Positions 26,440-39,779 of a stretch of DNA of 64,000 nt are shown here, one piece after another. Every line of letters starts with the position of its first letter. Positions within the stretch are counted from its first letter, which is position 1. The notes below the pieces were generated by a model. The model did no database searches, was not told the origin of the DNA, and saw nothing but the letters and a program-made list of their open reading frames with translations. The position numbers and the translations under genes were made by a program. Source of the stretch: Somniosus microcephalus (taxonomy: Eukaryota); assembly GCA_052327205.1 (NCBI GenBank), contig CM126220.1, positions 33,852,001 to 33,916,000 of the forward strand, written 5' to 3'.

Positions 26440-27590
26440 AATGGTTAAAAGGGGATCCAATAAATCTTTAAGGCACATGGGATTGGGGGCAAGGTATTGA
26501 CTTGGATAGAGAACTGCTTGGCGGACAGAAAGCAAAAAGTTGGAATAAACAGGTCGTTTTCCGAGTGGTAGGCAGTGACTAGTGGGGTACCGCAAGGATC
26601 GGTCCTAGGACCCCAGCTGTTCACAATATATATTAATGATCTGGACGAGGGAATTGGATGTAATATCTCCAAATTTGCAGACGACACAAAGCTGGGTGGG
26701 AGGGTAAGCTGTGAGGAGGATGTCGTGAAACTCCAGTACGATTTGGACAGGTTGGGCAAATGCACTATAATGTGGATAAATGTGAGGTTATCCACTTTGG
26801 TGGCAAAAACAGGAAGGCAGATTATTATTTGAATGGCAATAGATTGGGAGAAGGGGAAGTGCAAAGAGACCTGGGTGTTATTGTGCACCAGTCGCTGAAG
26901 GTAAGCATGCAGGTGCAGCAGGCGGTTAAGAAGGCAAATGGTATGTTGGCCTTCGTAGCAAGAGGGTTCGAGTACAAGAACAAGGATGTCTTGCTGCAGT
27001 TGTACAGGGCCTTGGTGAGACCACACCTTGAGTATTGTGTGCAGTTTTGGTCACCTTACCTGAGGAAGGACATTCTTGCCATGGAGGGAGTGCAGCGAAG
27101 ATTCACCAGGCTGATGCCTGGGATGGCAGGAATGACGTATGAGGAGAGATTGTGTCGATTGGGCTTATACTCACTGGAGTTTAGAAGATTGAGAAGGGAT
27201 CTCATCGAAACCTATAAAATTCTGTCAGGTCTGGACAGACTTGATGCAGAAAGGATGTTTCTGATGGCCGAGGAGTCCAGAACCAGGGGTCATAGTCTAA
27301 GGATAAGGGGTAAGCCATTTAGGACTGAAATGAGGAGGAATTTCTTCACCCAGAGAGTGGTGAACCTGTGGAATTCTCTGCCACAGAGGGTGGCGGAGGC
27401 CAGTTCATTAAATATATTCAAGAAAGAGTTGGATATATTTCTTGAGGCTAAAGGGATCAAGGGATATGGGGAGAAGGCAGGGACAGGGTACTGAATTTGG
27501 ATGATCAGCCATGATCTCATTGAATGGCGGAGCAGGCTCGAGGGGCTGAATGGCCTACTCCTGCTCCTATCTTCTATGTTTCTATGTTTC
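26440..27590 (+). mobile_element. CR1 LINE, RT domain to 3' end
   Basis: [24 protein letters not shown]...KFADDTK; 244-aa open C-terminus; tail (TTCTATGT)n. Confidence 0.95.
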
Positions 27591-28438
27591 TTTCAACTCC
27601 ACATCCAATAAATACATAAATGCAAGTTTAAAAAAGGGGGTCTGAGATGAGGTGCTAATGAGCTAGCTTTGACATTGTTTGAGGATTAACTGTAAATAAT
27701 AAGTAATTTGCTAGCTCGTCTCGGTAATCTATAAACACATTTTACCCAATGTGTTGGGGGGTTGCTGGCTCTGGGTGCTTGGCAGGAAGCCTGGCAGGCC
27801 TTCCCTTTCTGGCTTTGAGCAGCAAGAGATGAAACATACAGACATCAGCAGCCAAGGGAATGTTTAGAAATAGAATGGTGAGGCAGTCAAGCAGCTGAAG
27901 TCTGCAAGAAGGTTGAAGTGCAGGGGAGAATAGTCAGAAATTATTTTGTTTATGTCAAGACAGCCCATTGATATAAGGAAGCACGACATGTTCTTTATTT
28001 TGTATTATGCAAAAATAAGTTGTACGGTTTGAATTAGTTGAGTCTGACTGTAACTGCCATTCTGTATGTTCACCTTACTGTGAAATAAAGCAGCTTATCA
28101 ATTCACATCAAGCCTCATATCACCAAGTGTTTGCTCGGTCCTTGCTCAGAGAGATTTAAAGAAGTATGTATGCAAAAAAAAACTCAAATATCTGGTTCAG
28201 GTCATGAGGGGATGCTGTTGGTACACCCCTGGATTACAGTATCATGCAAGTAGATATAGGGCAGTGTCAATAAACTCCCATAAAAGTAAGATGCTCAGAC
28301 TGCTTACGGGAGTGACTGATACCACTGAACCTGAAACGGTATCTAAGCCAGACCTGAATTTGTAACAACCAGATAAAACTGACTTTCCTTTGAGTTGCTC
28401 CAGGTATTTCTCATCTTACCCAACCAATGTAAGCCTTC

Positions 28439-28811
28439 ATAACAACAGAAAACGCTGGAAAAACTCAACAGGCCAGGCAACATCCGTGGAGAGAGAAACA
28501 GAGTTAACGTTTCAGGTCGAAACCCTTCTTCAGAACTGAGAAAAAAGCAGGAAATGAAACAGATTGAAAAGCAGGTGTGGGGGCTGGGAAATGGGGGAGG
28601 GGATGAAAGAACAAAAGGGAAGTTCTGTGAGAGGTGAAGAGACATTAAGAGATATTCAAGGCGAGACGAGATGGTAATAGGGCAGGTACAGAAACAAAGG
28701 ATGGCTCTAGATGAAGTGTGAAATGCGCTGGCAGAATGAAAGACAGCTGCCGCGTGGGAGAGAAAAAAAGGAAAAGGCACAAACCAAAAGTGTGGATAAA
28801 AAATATATAAA
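28439..28811 (-). mobile_element. Penelope-like element tail with 13-bp target duplication
   Basis: Homologous to the 58320-58650 tail; AATGTAAGCCTTC at 28426-28438 and 28812-28824. Confidence 0.85.
28502..28537 (-). ncRNA. Minimal type I hammerhead ribozyme motif within a Penelope-like tail
   Basis: AGUU-CUGAAGA-A-GGGU(UUCG)ACCU-GAAAC-GUU-AACU: conserved core, helix II with UUCG loop, palindromic ACGU in place of helix III, 4-bp helix I. Confidence 0.65.
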
Positions 28812-29376
28812 AATGTAAGCCTTCCATTATCTCTAGACTTGTAATGTATGTCTACCCAGTGCCAGTCATTAATTGGACCCAGCTGCTGCTTGTAAGTCCT
28901 TTGTTCGAAGGGTGCAGTCTGGACTTCCTAGGGTTTTCGCAGGGTTCAGCATGGTTTAAGGCCATTTAATCCTGCATAGGGATGAGGTTCGACAGACAAA
29001 ATAGTCTTTTCTCATTCTTGGCTTTATGTTGCTATGGAAACTTTACAAAACATTGGGACTACAGACTTCGCTAATAAATGGCTCTATCGGTGTGTTTCTA
29101 TTGATTGTGATAGAGACTAATGGCTCACTTTCTATGAATGTAATTCAGTGCAATGAAAGAGGCATTGTCGTGGTATTGGGGAAGTTAAAGTTCCTGGAAT
29201 AGTCAAAGATAGCCTGCTCTAAAAACTTTGCTAAAAGGTCAAGTGGAATTTTCTGAAAATACCAGTTTCAGAATGTGAAGTGGAGTCCTCGACAACAGTC
29301 TCCTAGCATATTACGTTCATTTTTAAAAATGTCAGTTCAATAAAATGTACTTTACCTCAATCATCTAAAATTGTAT

Positions 29377-30169
29377 GGGCCAGAAATTCGGGTTGGAGGC
29401 TTCCCGCGGGCGCAAGCCCCCGACCCGCACTTACCTAGCGCGCCTGCCATTGTGCTGTGGGGCCGCGTGGGATTCCGATCCTGGGCTTCCTCCAGCTGCT
29501 TGCAGTGCAGTGCTTGCGTATCCCAGCGGCAAAGTTAGTTCGCAGCGTCCCCTGGGATCACGTGGGCCACAGGGAGTCAATCGGAGCAGGGAATCTCCGT
29601 TCATAGATTTGACAGAAAGACCTGTCAAATCTATGAATAGAGATCGGCCCCAAAACCTAAGTAAAACTTCAAATAAATATTTTTTAAAAATCACATTTTA
29701 AAAATAACTATAAATTACATAAATTAACTATTTTAAACAAAAATTTAAATTTTTGAAAAAATTAAAGTTTTTAAAGGGGCTAAAAATAAACTTACGTTTC
29801 TTTAAAGTATTTTAAAATGATAAACCTGTGGAAAAAATGTTTTAATTTTACTCAATTAACCTCTTACCTTGTTAAAAGCAGGCCTTGCGACTGCTTTTTT
29901 CACGCGCAGCTGCTAGAGACTTACCCGCACGGAGAAACCTGTAAAAAAAATCGGAAGTTCCAGGCATACGCGCTGCCTCTCCGGCGCACGCGTTTGACCC
30001 GCGCTGCCTCTCTGGCACACGCGTTTGACCTGTGAACACCTTCCTTCAAGGGAACAGAAGTTCCGGTTTCCAGCGCATGCACAGTGCATGCACGAAACCG
30101 GCACTTTCGTTGGCCCTACGCGTGAGTACACAGCGCGTACTCACCCGTGGGGACCTGAATTTCTGGCCC
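29377..30169. mobile_element. Harbinger-type MITE related to 15616-16220
   Basis: TAT|GGGCCAGAAATTCGGGT ... ACCTGAATTTCTGGCCC|TAT; shares GGAGGCTTCCCGC and TTTTAAAGGGGCTAAAAATA blocks with the 15.6 kb copy. Confidence 0.8.
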
Positions 30170-31122
30170 TATATCTCTAAGTTCTAAGTTTCCGTAGAAA
30201 ATTATCCAATAAAGCAAATTTTTATTGAAATGTCACAATTATTTAAAATATATGTGTGGCTAATACAATAGAAATACAAAATACCAGCATCAAAAAATTT
30301 AACATCTTAATTCCAATGTTACATTGCGTATTTATAGCAAGTATAAAGTACTGCCTCTGCTGACTTAAGAAATCAACCTTGAAGTAAAGTTGGTTTCTTG
30401 GATAGTTGAGTCATTGCTGTAACCTTTACTAAATATACAGCAAAACAGTTACATTGACAGTTTAGACTTGCCAGTGTCAGTACTTCACTTTCCACCTTTA
30501 TAATTATAGTGTTTTTACAAAAAGATACTTTAATTGAATTGAGGAAAAATTGTGTGATTTGGCACAATGATCCCACCACTTGTAATTATATAGCATCTTT
30601 AATGTCACAAAATGTCTAAGGCGTTTACTGGGCTGGAGTGGGGAAGGGGTTGAGTTTGGACACTGAGCAGGAATCCAGGGAAGAGTTGGAGGAGGTGACA
30701 TGATGGGGTGAAAGGCTCAGAAACTGCAGTCTCAGCACATTGTTTTGAATAAAGACCTAAGATTACAGGTCTCTACTTGGACACTGAGCTGCTGTGAATT
30801 GGCAAAAGCTGAGACTATTGAATTGGTTTTCCCAACTTGCATGTTTGAAGATCAGGCTCCAAACTGGTGCAAAGCAGTAACTTCCATACAAAACTGCACC
30901 AAAATGCCATTTTTTAAAACTATCATCAGAGTGACTCTGGGTCTGTAAGTAGGGACCCAAAATGGTGGAATCGGAAACATTTTACTGAATAAGCAGGAGA
31001 TAGGCTAGTGAGTGTTTTTGAAAATTATTATATGGAGAGCGGAGTACTTTGTACTGAAATTAATTCCCACAGGCTTTACCTCTTTAACAGCCCATGTCAC
31101 AGGCACAGAGGAGGAGGAAAGA

Positions 31123-31264
31123 AATAAAAACAGAAAATGCTGGAAATAATCAGCAGGTCAGGCAGCATCTATGGAGAGGAAAACAAAGTTAACATTTCAG
31201 ATTGATGACCTTTTGTCAGCACGTTCTGATGAAAGGTCATCGACCTGAAACGATAACTCTGTTT
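31123..31264. mobile_element. Inverted pair of Penelope-like tails
   Basis: Minus-strand tail 31123-31222 abuts plus-strand GTTCTGATGAAAGGTCATCGACCTGAAACGATAAC. Confidence 0.75.
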
Positions 31265-31699
31265 GTGATCTATGATCTCATACCTCAGGCTTCTCAGAGC
31301 TACTTCCCTAAGGGCTTCAATATCACAGCAAACCAAGTAGTTCCACCCAACCTCAGTCTATCTGTATGATCTCATGTATACCCCTCAAGTCCTGGCCTCT
31401 CCAACCAACTCCAATCCCTACTTCCTCCTGGCCCTACTCCCTCCACACATATATCCAGGCCCCTACTTTCCCTCTCACCTTCATGTTCCAGCAGCTCAAA
31501 CTCTCTAAATGTGATCCCCACACCTACCTCCAAGCCAGTATATGTTAACCACCACCTTGCTGTAACCTGGGCTTTAAAAAGGGAAGATAAAAATTGAGGA
31601 CTTGGACAAAGGAGCCTGGGCAAAAGTCATACATTGCTTGGGAGATGTACAGAAGAGAAAGGAGACACAGTGAAGGAGAAACCTACGTAAATAATGAGA

Positions 31700-32015
31700 A
31701 AAAGAGCTGGAAGCACAAACAGAAAAATAAAGAACACAAAAAATTAAACGTAGCAGGCATTTGGACAAAGAGACAATTTTACTTTTCTTAAAAAAATAAA
31801 GTCCGTGAGCAATCCTTCAACCTGATTGGTTAAGGAGATATACAATTGCTTACCTTGTTCATTAAGGTAGTCCCAGGTGCCCCGTTTCCCTCGCTGCGAT
31901 GTTATCAGCTCGCACTTTCAGCAATTTACCACGCAACATTTTTTTGAAACCTATACGTGCAAGGGCAAGTTTAACAGCAGACGCTGTTAGATTCCCCTAC
32001 AACAAAATCTGGCCC
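31700..32015. mobile_element. Partial Harbinger-type MITE (right end only)
   Basis: Ends AAAATCTGGCCC like the other MITEs; left TIR not found. Confidence 0.4.
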
Positions 32016-32254
32016 AATATTATTTTTATCCCCTGGGTGAATTTTGTGACTCCTAGCAATCCACATAGAGGTTAACCAGCTTCCTTTGAAGCAACTTTTA
32101 CATTCTAGCCAGGATTGTGGGTTTGGCTGACCTTGACTTTGCATATCAAGCTAAAGTTTCCCATAGGACTAAGTATCCAATCTATGGCCCACTTAGCTAT
32201 TTCATCTGGTCCCACTGTTATCTTACACAAAGTGGCCTACACAGCATATCCAGC

Positions 32255-32910
32255 TTTTGACCTGCTCTTGTAGCAACAGTATTTATGTGGCTGGTCCAGT
32301 TAAGTTCTGGTCAATGGTAACCCCCAGAATGTTGATTGTGGGGCATTCAAAGATGGTAATGACATTGAATGTCATGGGGAGGTGGTTAGATGATGTTGGA
32401 GATGGTTATTGCCTGGCACTTGTGTGGCGCGAATGTTGCTTGCCAATTATCAGCCCAAGCCTGAATGTTGTCCAGGCCTTGCTGCATGCGGGCATGGACT
32501 ACTTCATTAGCTGAGGATTTGCAAATGGAACTGAAAACTGTGCAATCATCAGCGAACATCCCCACTTCTGACCTTATGATGGAGGGAAGGTCATTGATGA
32601 AGCAGCTGAAGATGGTTGGACCTAGGACACTGCCCTGAGGAACTCCTGCAGCAATGTCCTGGGGCTGAGATAATTGGCCTCCAACAATCACAATCACTTT
32701 ACTTTGTACTAGATATGACTCCCGCCAATGGAGAGTTTTCCCCGATTCTCATTGACTTCAATTTTTCTAGGGCTCTTTGGTGCCACACTTGGTCAGATGG
32801 TGCCTTGATGTCAAGGGCAGTCACTCTCACCTCACCTCTGGAATTCAGCTCTTTGTTCATGTTTGGACCAAGGCCATAATGAGGTCTGGAGCCGAGTGGT
32901 CCTGGCAGAA
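32255..32910 (-). mobile_element. Second CR1-clade family, RT fragment
   Basis: [22 protein letters not shown]...MFADDCT; same family as 45720-48510. Confidence 0.88.
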
Positions 32911-33611
32911 CCTTTGTTTCTTTCTCTTTTGCCTGTCGCACTGATACGTTGGTCTCATTGCTATCCCGGGAATATAAGGATGCTTCCCCAAGTCTCATGA
33001 TGATCAGTGATTGGCTTCTGAATTATTTCATTCTTCATTCACAGAGAAATATAATACAGGGAGGCCAGCATGTTCAAGGCCTTTTATTGTTTGTTTTACA
33101 AGTGAATAAATGTGCAGAAGGGTGCGATTTCTTTCTCCTTTAGATGTGAATGAGTGGGGTGGTAAGCTGGAGTTGAGCACTGCCATTGGATAGAGGTCAG
33201 TTTTTTCCCCTGGTTGAGATTGGTCAAGACTTTGGCCCTGCACAGCCCTGCCTGAGGCAGCAAGAATCTCTGCAAAAGTAAGGAGAATTAGTGACCGAGA
33301 AAAAGAAAAGACAGTGAAAAAGCCATAAAAGATGTTTCAACAGAAGAGGAGTGCGGTTCTGGAGACAAGGATGTGTCCATGTCGAAAACCAAGAGAAAAC
33401 AGAAAAATAAAAAACAGATAGGCACAAGGTGGAAGAGGTCATCCGTCTGAGAGTACTATCCAAAAAAGAGTTGCTGGATTGTAACACTGCAGAAGTCCAG
33501 CATATCCAGCTTGAAGAAAACTATGCTACAAATCAAACAAATAATAAAGACCAGAATAAAGAGCCTTCAATCCTTTGATTTGTTTGATAATTTCTGCAGA
33601 CTGTAACAAAC

Positions 33612-33712
33612 GTTCTGACGAAAGGGCATCAACGTGAAACGTTAACTCTCTGTTTCTCTCACCACAGATGGTGCCTGACCTGCTGAGTATTTCCAGCATT
33701 TTTTGTTTTTTT
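33612..33712 (+). mobile_element. Short Penelope-like tail
   Basis: GTTCTGACGAAAGG...GAAACGTTAACTCT...GCCTGACCTGCTGAGTATTTCCAGCA. Confidence 0.75.
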
Positions 33713-34059
33713 GTACAAAAAAATCTTATAATGTACTACAAAAATCTATTTCACTGATTTGGTAAATCTAATGTGCATTTGTTTGGTACATTCTGAGAGT
33801 TGTAGTCTACAAAGTTTAACTGATTTTGTTATCACAACATACGTGAGGTCAATTAGATACTTTGACCTCTTGGGCTCGTAGCATCTAGGATATACCTTAA
33901 ATCACTTTCCAAATATCTGCCGGTTAAATATTTGGCAAATTGCTCACAGCTACATACAGCAGACATTGTTCCGTGAGTTTATATAGACCAATTCATTCAT
34001 CCAACCAAAACAAAATCAAGATTCGGGCTCTTTTAAAGAAACCACATGAATCTCTAGCT

Positions 34060-34435
34060 AGGCCGATACTCCAGTGCAGTGCTGAGGGAGTGCTGCACTG
34101 TCGGAGGTGCCATCTTTCAGATGAGACGTTAAACTGAGGCCCCGTCTGCCCTCTCAGGTGGACGTAAAAGATCCCATGACACTTTCGAAGAAGAGTAGGG
34201 AAGTTATCCCCGGTGTCCTGGCCAATATTTATCCCTCAACCAACATAACAAAAACAGATTATCTGGTCATTATCATATTGCTGTTTGTGGGGCCTTGCTG
34301 TGCACAAATTGGCTGCCATGTTTCCCACATTGCAACAGTGACTCCACTTCAAAAGTACTTCATCGACTGTAAAGCGCTTTGAGACATCCGGTGGTCGTGA
34401 AAGGCGCTATATAAATGCAAGACTTTTTTTTTTTA
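34060..34435 (+). mobile_element. Deu-domain SINE (SacSINE1-like), 5'-truncated
   Basis: GAGGTGCCATCTTTCAGATGAGACGTTAAACTGAGGCCCCGTCTGCCC...AAAGATCCCATG core; L2-like tail GGCGCTATATAAATGCAAG + T run. Confidence 0.8.
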
Positions 34436-34574
34436 ATAAGCATTTCAAAATCCAGTCTGTAAGACAAGCAACATCTTACCCACTTCCCAAAAGAGTTGAG
34501 GATATTTAAAAACACACCAGTAATACAGTACTACCAACAAATCCAGATTACTCACTAAATTTAAATGGCAGGAA

Positions 34575-35205
34575 TGATAGAATCATTCGGCCCATTATGC
34601 CTGTACCAGCACTTTGAAAGAGCTATCCAATTAGTCCCACTCCCCTGCTCTTTCCCCATAGCCATACAATCCCACCCCCCCAAAAAAAATCAGATATTCA
34701 TCCAGTTCCCTTTTGAAAGTTACTATTAAATCTGCTTCCACCACCGTTTCAGACAATGCATTCCAGATCATAACTCACTGCATAAAATAAATTTCCCTCA
34801 TCTCTCCTCTGTTCTTTTAACAATTACCTTAAATCTGTGTCCTCTGGTTACTGACCTTCCTGCCAATGGAAACAATTTCTCCTTATTTACTTTATCAAAA
34901 CACTAATTTTGAACACCATTATTAAATCTTCCATTAACCTTCTCTAATGTATGGAGAACAATCCTCTGCACCCTCTCCATGGCCTTGGCATCCTTCCTAA
35001 AGCGTGGTGCCCAGAATTGGACATAATACTTCAGCCGAGACCTAACTCGTGATTTATAAAGGTTTAGCATAACATCCTTGCTTTTGTACTCTACGTCTTT
35101 TTAACGGCCTTATCAACTTGTCCCGCCACCTTCAAAGATTTCTGTACATAGACCCTCAGGTCTCTCTGTTCCTGCACCCCCTTTAAAATTGTACCATTTA
35201 GTTTT
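34575..35205 (-). mobile_element. Decayed CR1 3' fragment
   Basis: Reverse complement of ORF2 C-terminus and tail; similar to 17928-18192. Confidence 0.75.
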
Positions 35206-36734
35206 ATCATTTTAGTTTATAACACTATATGAAATATGCATAATCACAGAATGCAATGGTTGCTACCTTATTGATGCCCCAGAGGGTGAAATTATACAAT
35301 ACACACTTGCCAAACTGTGCATCTTTGTGGTTTTAAATGTGAGGCAACAGTGGTAGAAGATGGTATGAGGATTACTTAACAATTAGATTGCAAATCCTTT
35401 TCTTTCGCGGTAAATTTGTAATATCAGAAAGTAGGACAGTGGAAGTAGGACCAAAATTATTTGCACACCAGCATGTCAAAGGATTGCTCCCATAGAACAC
35501 AAACAGCTGGGTCAGTATCTACTACTAATGCTAACACAAGAGCTTCCGAGCCTACATTCATTTTGGAGCTACATGAAGTAGAACAAAGATATAGCACTAA
35601 TTTCTTCAGGAATAGTGTCAATTCATGTTAAGCAAGAAAAGACAACTCAGTTTGCTAGGGCACGGTGAGTTGTGTGGTCAAGGCAGCCTTTTCAATGATA
35701 GAAGTGCTACCTCACGCTTGAGATAAAGCCATGGCTAAGTAAAATTCTAATCCAATTTCTAGTAAAATCAGATGTACTGTAACTTCGCTATGCATATGCT
35801 AAACACCATGTGGGTAGTCTATGCCGTTTCATTAATGACATGTTCAAAAATAACAAAGAAATGTAATTAAAAAATTAGTTAAAATCTTAATCCTAGGTAG
35901 GATAAATGGTTTGACATTTCTCTCATCTTCCTCTCCACTCCGCACCCCTTCCCATTCTTTCACGCAAGTTGTTCCCTGCTAGATGGCGCACCAAATACAG
36001 GTGGTTGGTTGATATACCTGCTATAGTTAGCAAGTTTGGGGAGAGCCTTAGTCACATCTGATTATAGTTGTCACCCTGCCTTCAGCAGATCAACTTCTTC
36101 CATTGGCTCTTCCATTGGCAAAGTCCAGAATCTTCGACTGGCAAGTGTTTCAACTAACCAGGAGGCTATTTTATTTTGGTAGGCTTCGGGTGTCCAAACT
36201 TTGACTTGATGGGCCAAAGATAAATTAATAGAACATGGATTTGAAGTTTATCTACCAATGAGGCTATAACAGCAAAAATAGCTCTTCCCCTACCAACAGG
36301 TCAAATAACTCACAAAGGACAAACCAGTGAATAAGAAATACAAGCATAAATGGAGCCAATGCTTCATGGGCATTATTGGGAACATCTGGTCACCTGTGTC
36401 CTGTCAAGAGCTACACTGTCAATTGAGATTTTGCAGTTCTCTATTATATATCTGGCCTTCCACCTATTCCTGCTTGCAAGACATCTGGATGGGTTGATCA
36501 GTACTCAGCCAGTGGCACCTTGCCTCTATTGCCAAAACACCAAGTCAGGTCATAATCTAGGCTAATTTGCCAATGCAATATTGTGAGGGAGTGCTGTCAC
36601 TTTGGACAAGGCATTGCACCAGGGTTCGGTCTGCCTATGCCAGTGGTTTAGATGGATATTAAAGATCCCATGGCACTATTTGAAATGGCCAACATTTCTC
36701 CCTCAAACCCACCTGAAGGATTATTGGTTATTTA

Positions 36735-36970
36735 TAAGAACATAATAGGAGGAGTCAGCCATACAGCCCCTCAAGGTTGATCTTTGACCTCAACGCCACT
36801 TTCCCATCTGATCCCCATATACACCTTGGATTCCCTCGAGTCCAAAAGTCTATCGCTCTCAGCCTTGAACTTACTCAATGACTGAGCATCCACAGCGCTC
36901 TAGGGTAGAGAATTCTAAAGATTCACAACCAAGTGAAGAAATTTCTCATCAGTCCGAAATGGCTGACCTC
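36735..36970 (-). mobile_element. CR1 3' end fragment
   Basis: AAGAACATAATAGGAGGAG...GAATTCTAAAGATTCACAACC. Confidence 0.7.
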
Positions 36971-38627
36971 CTTAACCAAGACATAATGAGGTACTATATA
37001 CATACAATTCTCTCAGGTCTTAAGAAGGTCATTATATTGGTGTAGTTTTCCCTCATCAAATCTCATGAATAATCAAAACTAAGAAATTGAGGGAAGACAA
37101 ATACCTGCTGTTCCAGATTGTCAAGTGCTACGGGCAAGTTGGTCTGGCTCCTGCAATATAACTTCAATTAACTGTGTTCTGAAAGATTACCATGGCATTT
37201 CGTTTCGGATAGCTCATTGGTCAGAAGTGATCTTGGGCCGATTGCTGATGTTTTCCCCATGGTTTATCCCCATGATGTTCCATAGCCTGAAAAATGCTTT
37301 GAGCAACATCATCACTGGTGCAATAATGCTAGATCCTGAAGTGAAGGTAGAAGGCAGGAGAAAAAAAGCTCATCTTGAGTAATGATTTGCTTTGGCCAAT
37401 TTATTCAACAGCAGCACTAACCCGATTGTTCACTCCAATTAAGTATCAAACTGTATGGCTGGGTCCACACCCCTTCAGGATCGAAAGGGAAGTGGAGGTC
37501 ACCAGGCTGCGAAGGGGCTGTGGACAAGGATTACCTGCAACTTAAATTTAAGACCATGGCATTAACACTTGCTGATTAATCTGGACTTCAAGATCAGTTA
37601 GTGACCGGCGCACAAAAGGGTTCAACTGTTATCACCTCATGAAGAATGCTGCATTGGCCTGATTAGTAGTATTACAATCCGACTTCCCAGGCTTAACCTG
37701 AATTCCATTTGGAGGTTACAACATTGACAGCTACCCCTATTTCTTGTTTGTGTGGCTCAGAGTATTAGCACAGAAACTAAGCTCCACATTGTTTAGCATA
37801 AGATCCACATGAAAATCATTTTGTACTGAATGTAGCTTTGATTTTTCTCAATAAACCCAGTCTCTGGAGAAAACACCAAGATCTAGTAGGATACATATTT
37901 GCATGTATATCCTACAAAAGAGGGCTTTTGGGGCCAGTTAAGATTGTTTTCCCTCCTAGTGTCTTAAGCTTAAAAAAGACACTAGAGATCAAAGTTATTG
38001 AAGTTTCAAGCAGGATTCATAATCTGGAAAAACCTGATGTCTTAAGACAAAACAGGCAAACTTGAGATCTTGAAACAGGCTGGCATCAACCAAACACAGG
38101 ATGAATTGAATGGAACCAACTTGCAGAAAAAAAGTAGGCCAGTAACAAAAAATGTATGAAAAATAAAGCACTTATTGGCTGAGAAGGTGGTGTTGGTATG
38201 CAATAAATTAATTCCCTCCTCCTGTGGGGACCCCAAATAAGAGTGAACTATGTTGAGCGTAATTCCATTAATGTAAAAAAAAGGTATATAGAGGCACATT
38301 TCCGTGGATAGGGAAGGAGGGGTGAAAAACAAACTGGGCCAGAATAAAAAGTTGCAGTAAATTAAGTCAGTGCATCATTTTGTGAACAAGTGCTATTAAG
38401 AACATACCAGTAAAGAAAAATCAAAGGGACTATTGTGTAATGCACACTCCTTAAAATTAGACAAATTGTGCAACAATTCTGTAGCTCAACTCACTGCTAA
38501 GGAATTGAAGTTGAATTTTTTTTTATTACTTAAGCAAAGTTAGCCAAAACAATACAGGCCAAGGCTGAATCCAGAAACAACAGTACACATTACTGAACTA
38601 ATCACACCTCAGCCAATAAAGAAAAAC

Positions 38628-38633
38628 TTTATT
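38628..38633 (-). terminator. Distal polyadenylation signal (AATAAA) candidate of EWSR1
   Basis: AATAAA followed by T-rich and GTGT elements, at the end of a ~1.45 kb AT-rich stretch without recognisable repeats downstream of the stop. Confidence 0.45.
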
Positions 38634-39779
38634 AATCAAGTTTAATCACTTAGAAAAATAACAGCAATACAGAACTCTAATGGTGTGTGTGGGGTTTGGA
38701 AATGGATCCAGACAGTCAACTTTATATACTTTGTGCCTAGACTACGTGTGGCAAGCATTATTCACAATCATAATGCACATCACCTTTATTATACAACATT
38801 CTGCAAATGTAATTGTAAAATTCATAGGCTTTTAAGCAATATTCAACAAATTGTTGTGAAAGGAGAATTTAAACAGTATGCCTATGAAGCACAATCTTAC
38901 AAATCTCAATGTTCCAATAGGCCGTTTACCATAACAAATTTTTTTCTCAGATGTTATTTTAAACATACAGTCTCCGTTACGGCAGGCAGAGTTTCAAATA
39001 GTGACTTATACCAATGGTTGATGTGCACCATTTCTGACCAGAGTGAATCCATAGTTAATTTTGCAACACAGAGTTATCAAGCACTGGAATGCCAAATATT
39101 TATTGAAATGACAAGTTACCAGTCCATATCTCACTACTGACAAGTTAATATTTCAGATAAAGAAACTAAAAATTGGTATAGCTAGATTTAAAAGATAGAG
39201 CACAATTTGTCAAATGTGTCAGAATATGCCCACATCAATACTCGAGTCAAAGTAAACCTGAATGCTCAACACCATTACTAGTTTTCACAGGTCAAATGTA
39301 CAGAATACCTGGGTCAGCGGGACTGACCACTGAAAAGCAGCATTGTATGAAGAATTAACATGGCTACAATGTTGTGTTAATCACCGAAATCAGTGATTAA
39401 ATATGCTTAAGTGACCTATAGATCTGGGTACTCCACAACTCAAATAGTAAATGCTTTCACATCATGCATTAATCAACTGTAAGCATTTAATTTAGCCACC
39501 ACCAAAGTTCTTTCAAATATACAAAGTTGCTCATTGAGGGGTCAGGGATGTCAAGAATTATCCAGTGTACTTTTGGATTTTCTATAGTAATAACTGCACA
39601 TGGAATTTGTAAAGAGACTCGTGCAACGATTTTTTGTTAATAGCTGTTGAACTTTTTTTTAATTAAGCCGCCGAAGCTCGGTTCAGTGTCATTCAAAAAC
39701 TTCCAACACTGTGGAACGCTAGTTCAAGTTACTTTCAGCAGAACTTCAGGAAGCCACACTAAACAGAGCGACTCAGCTT

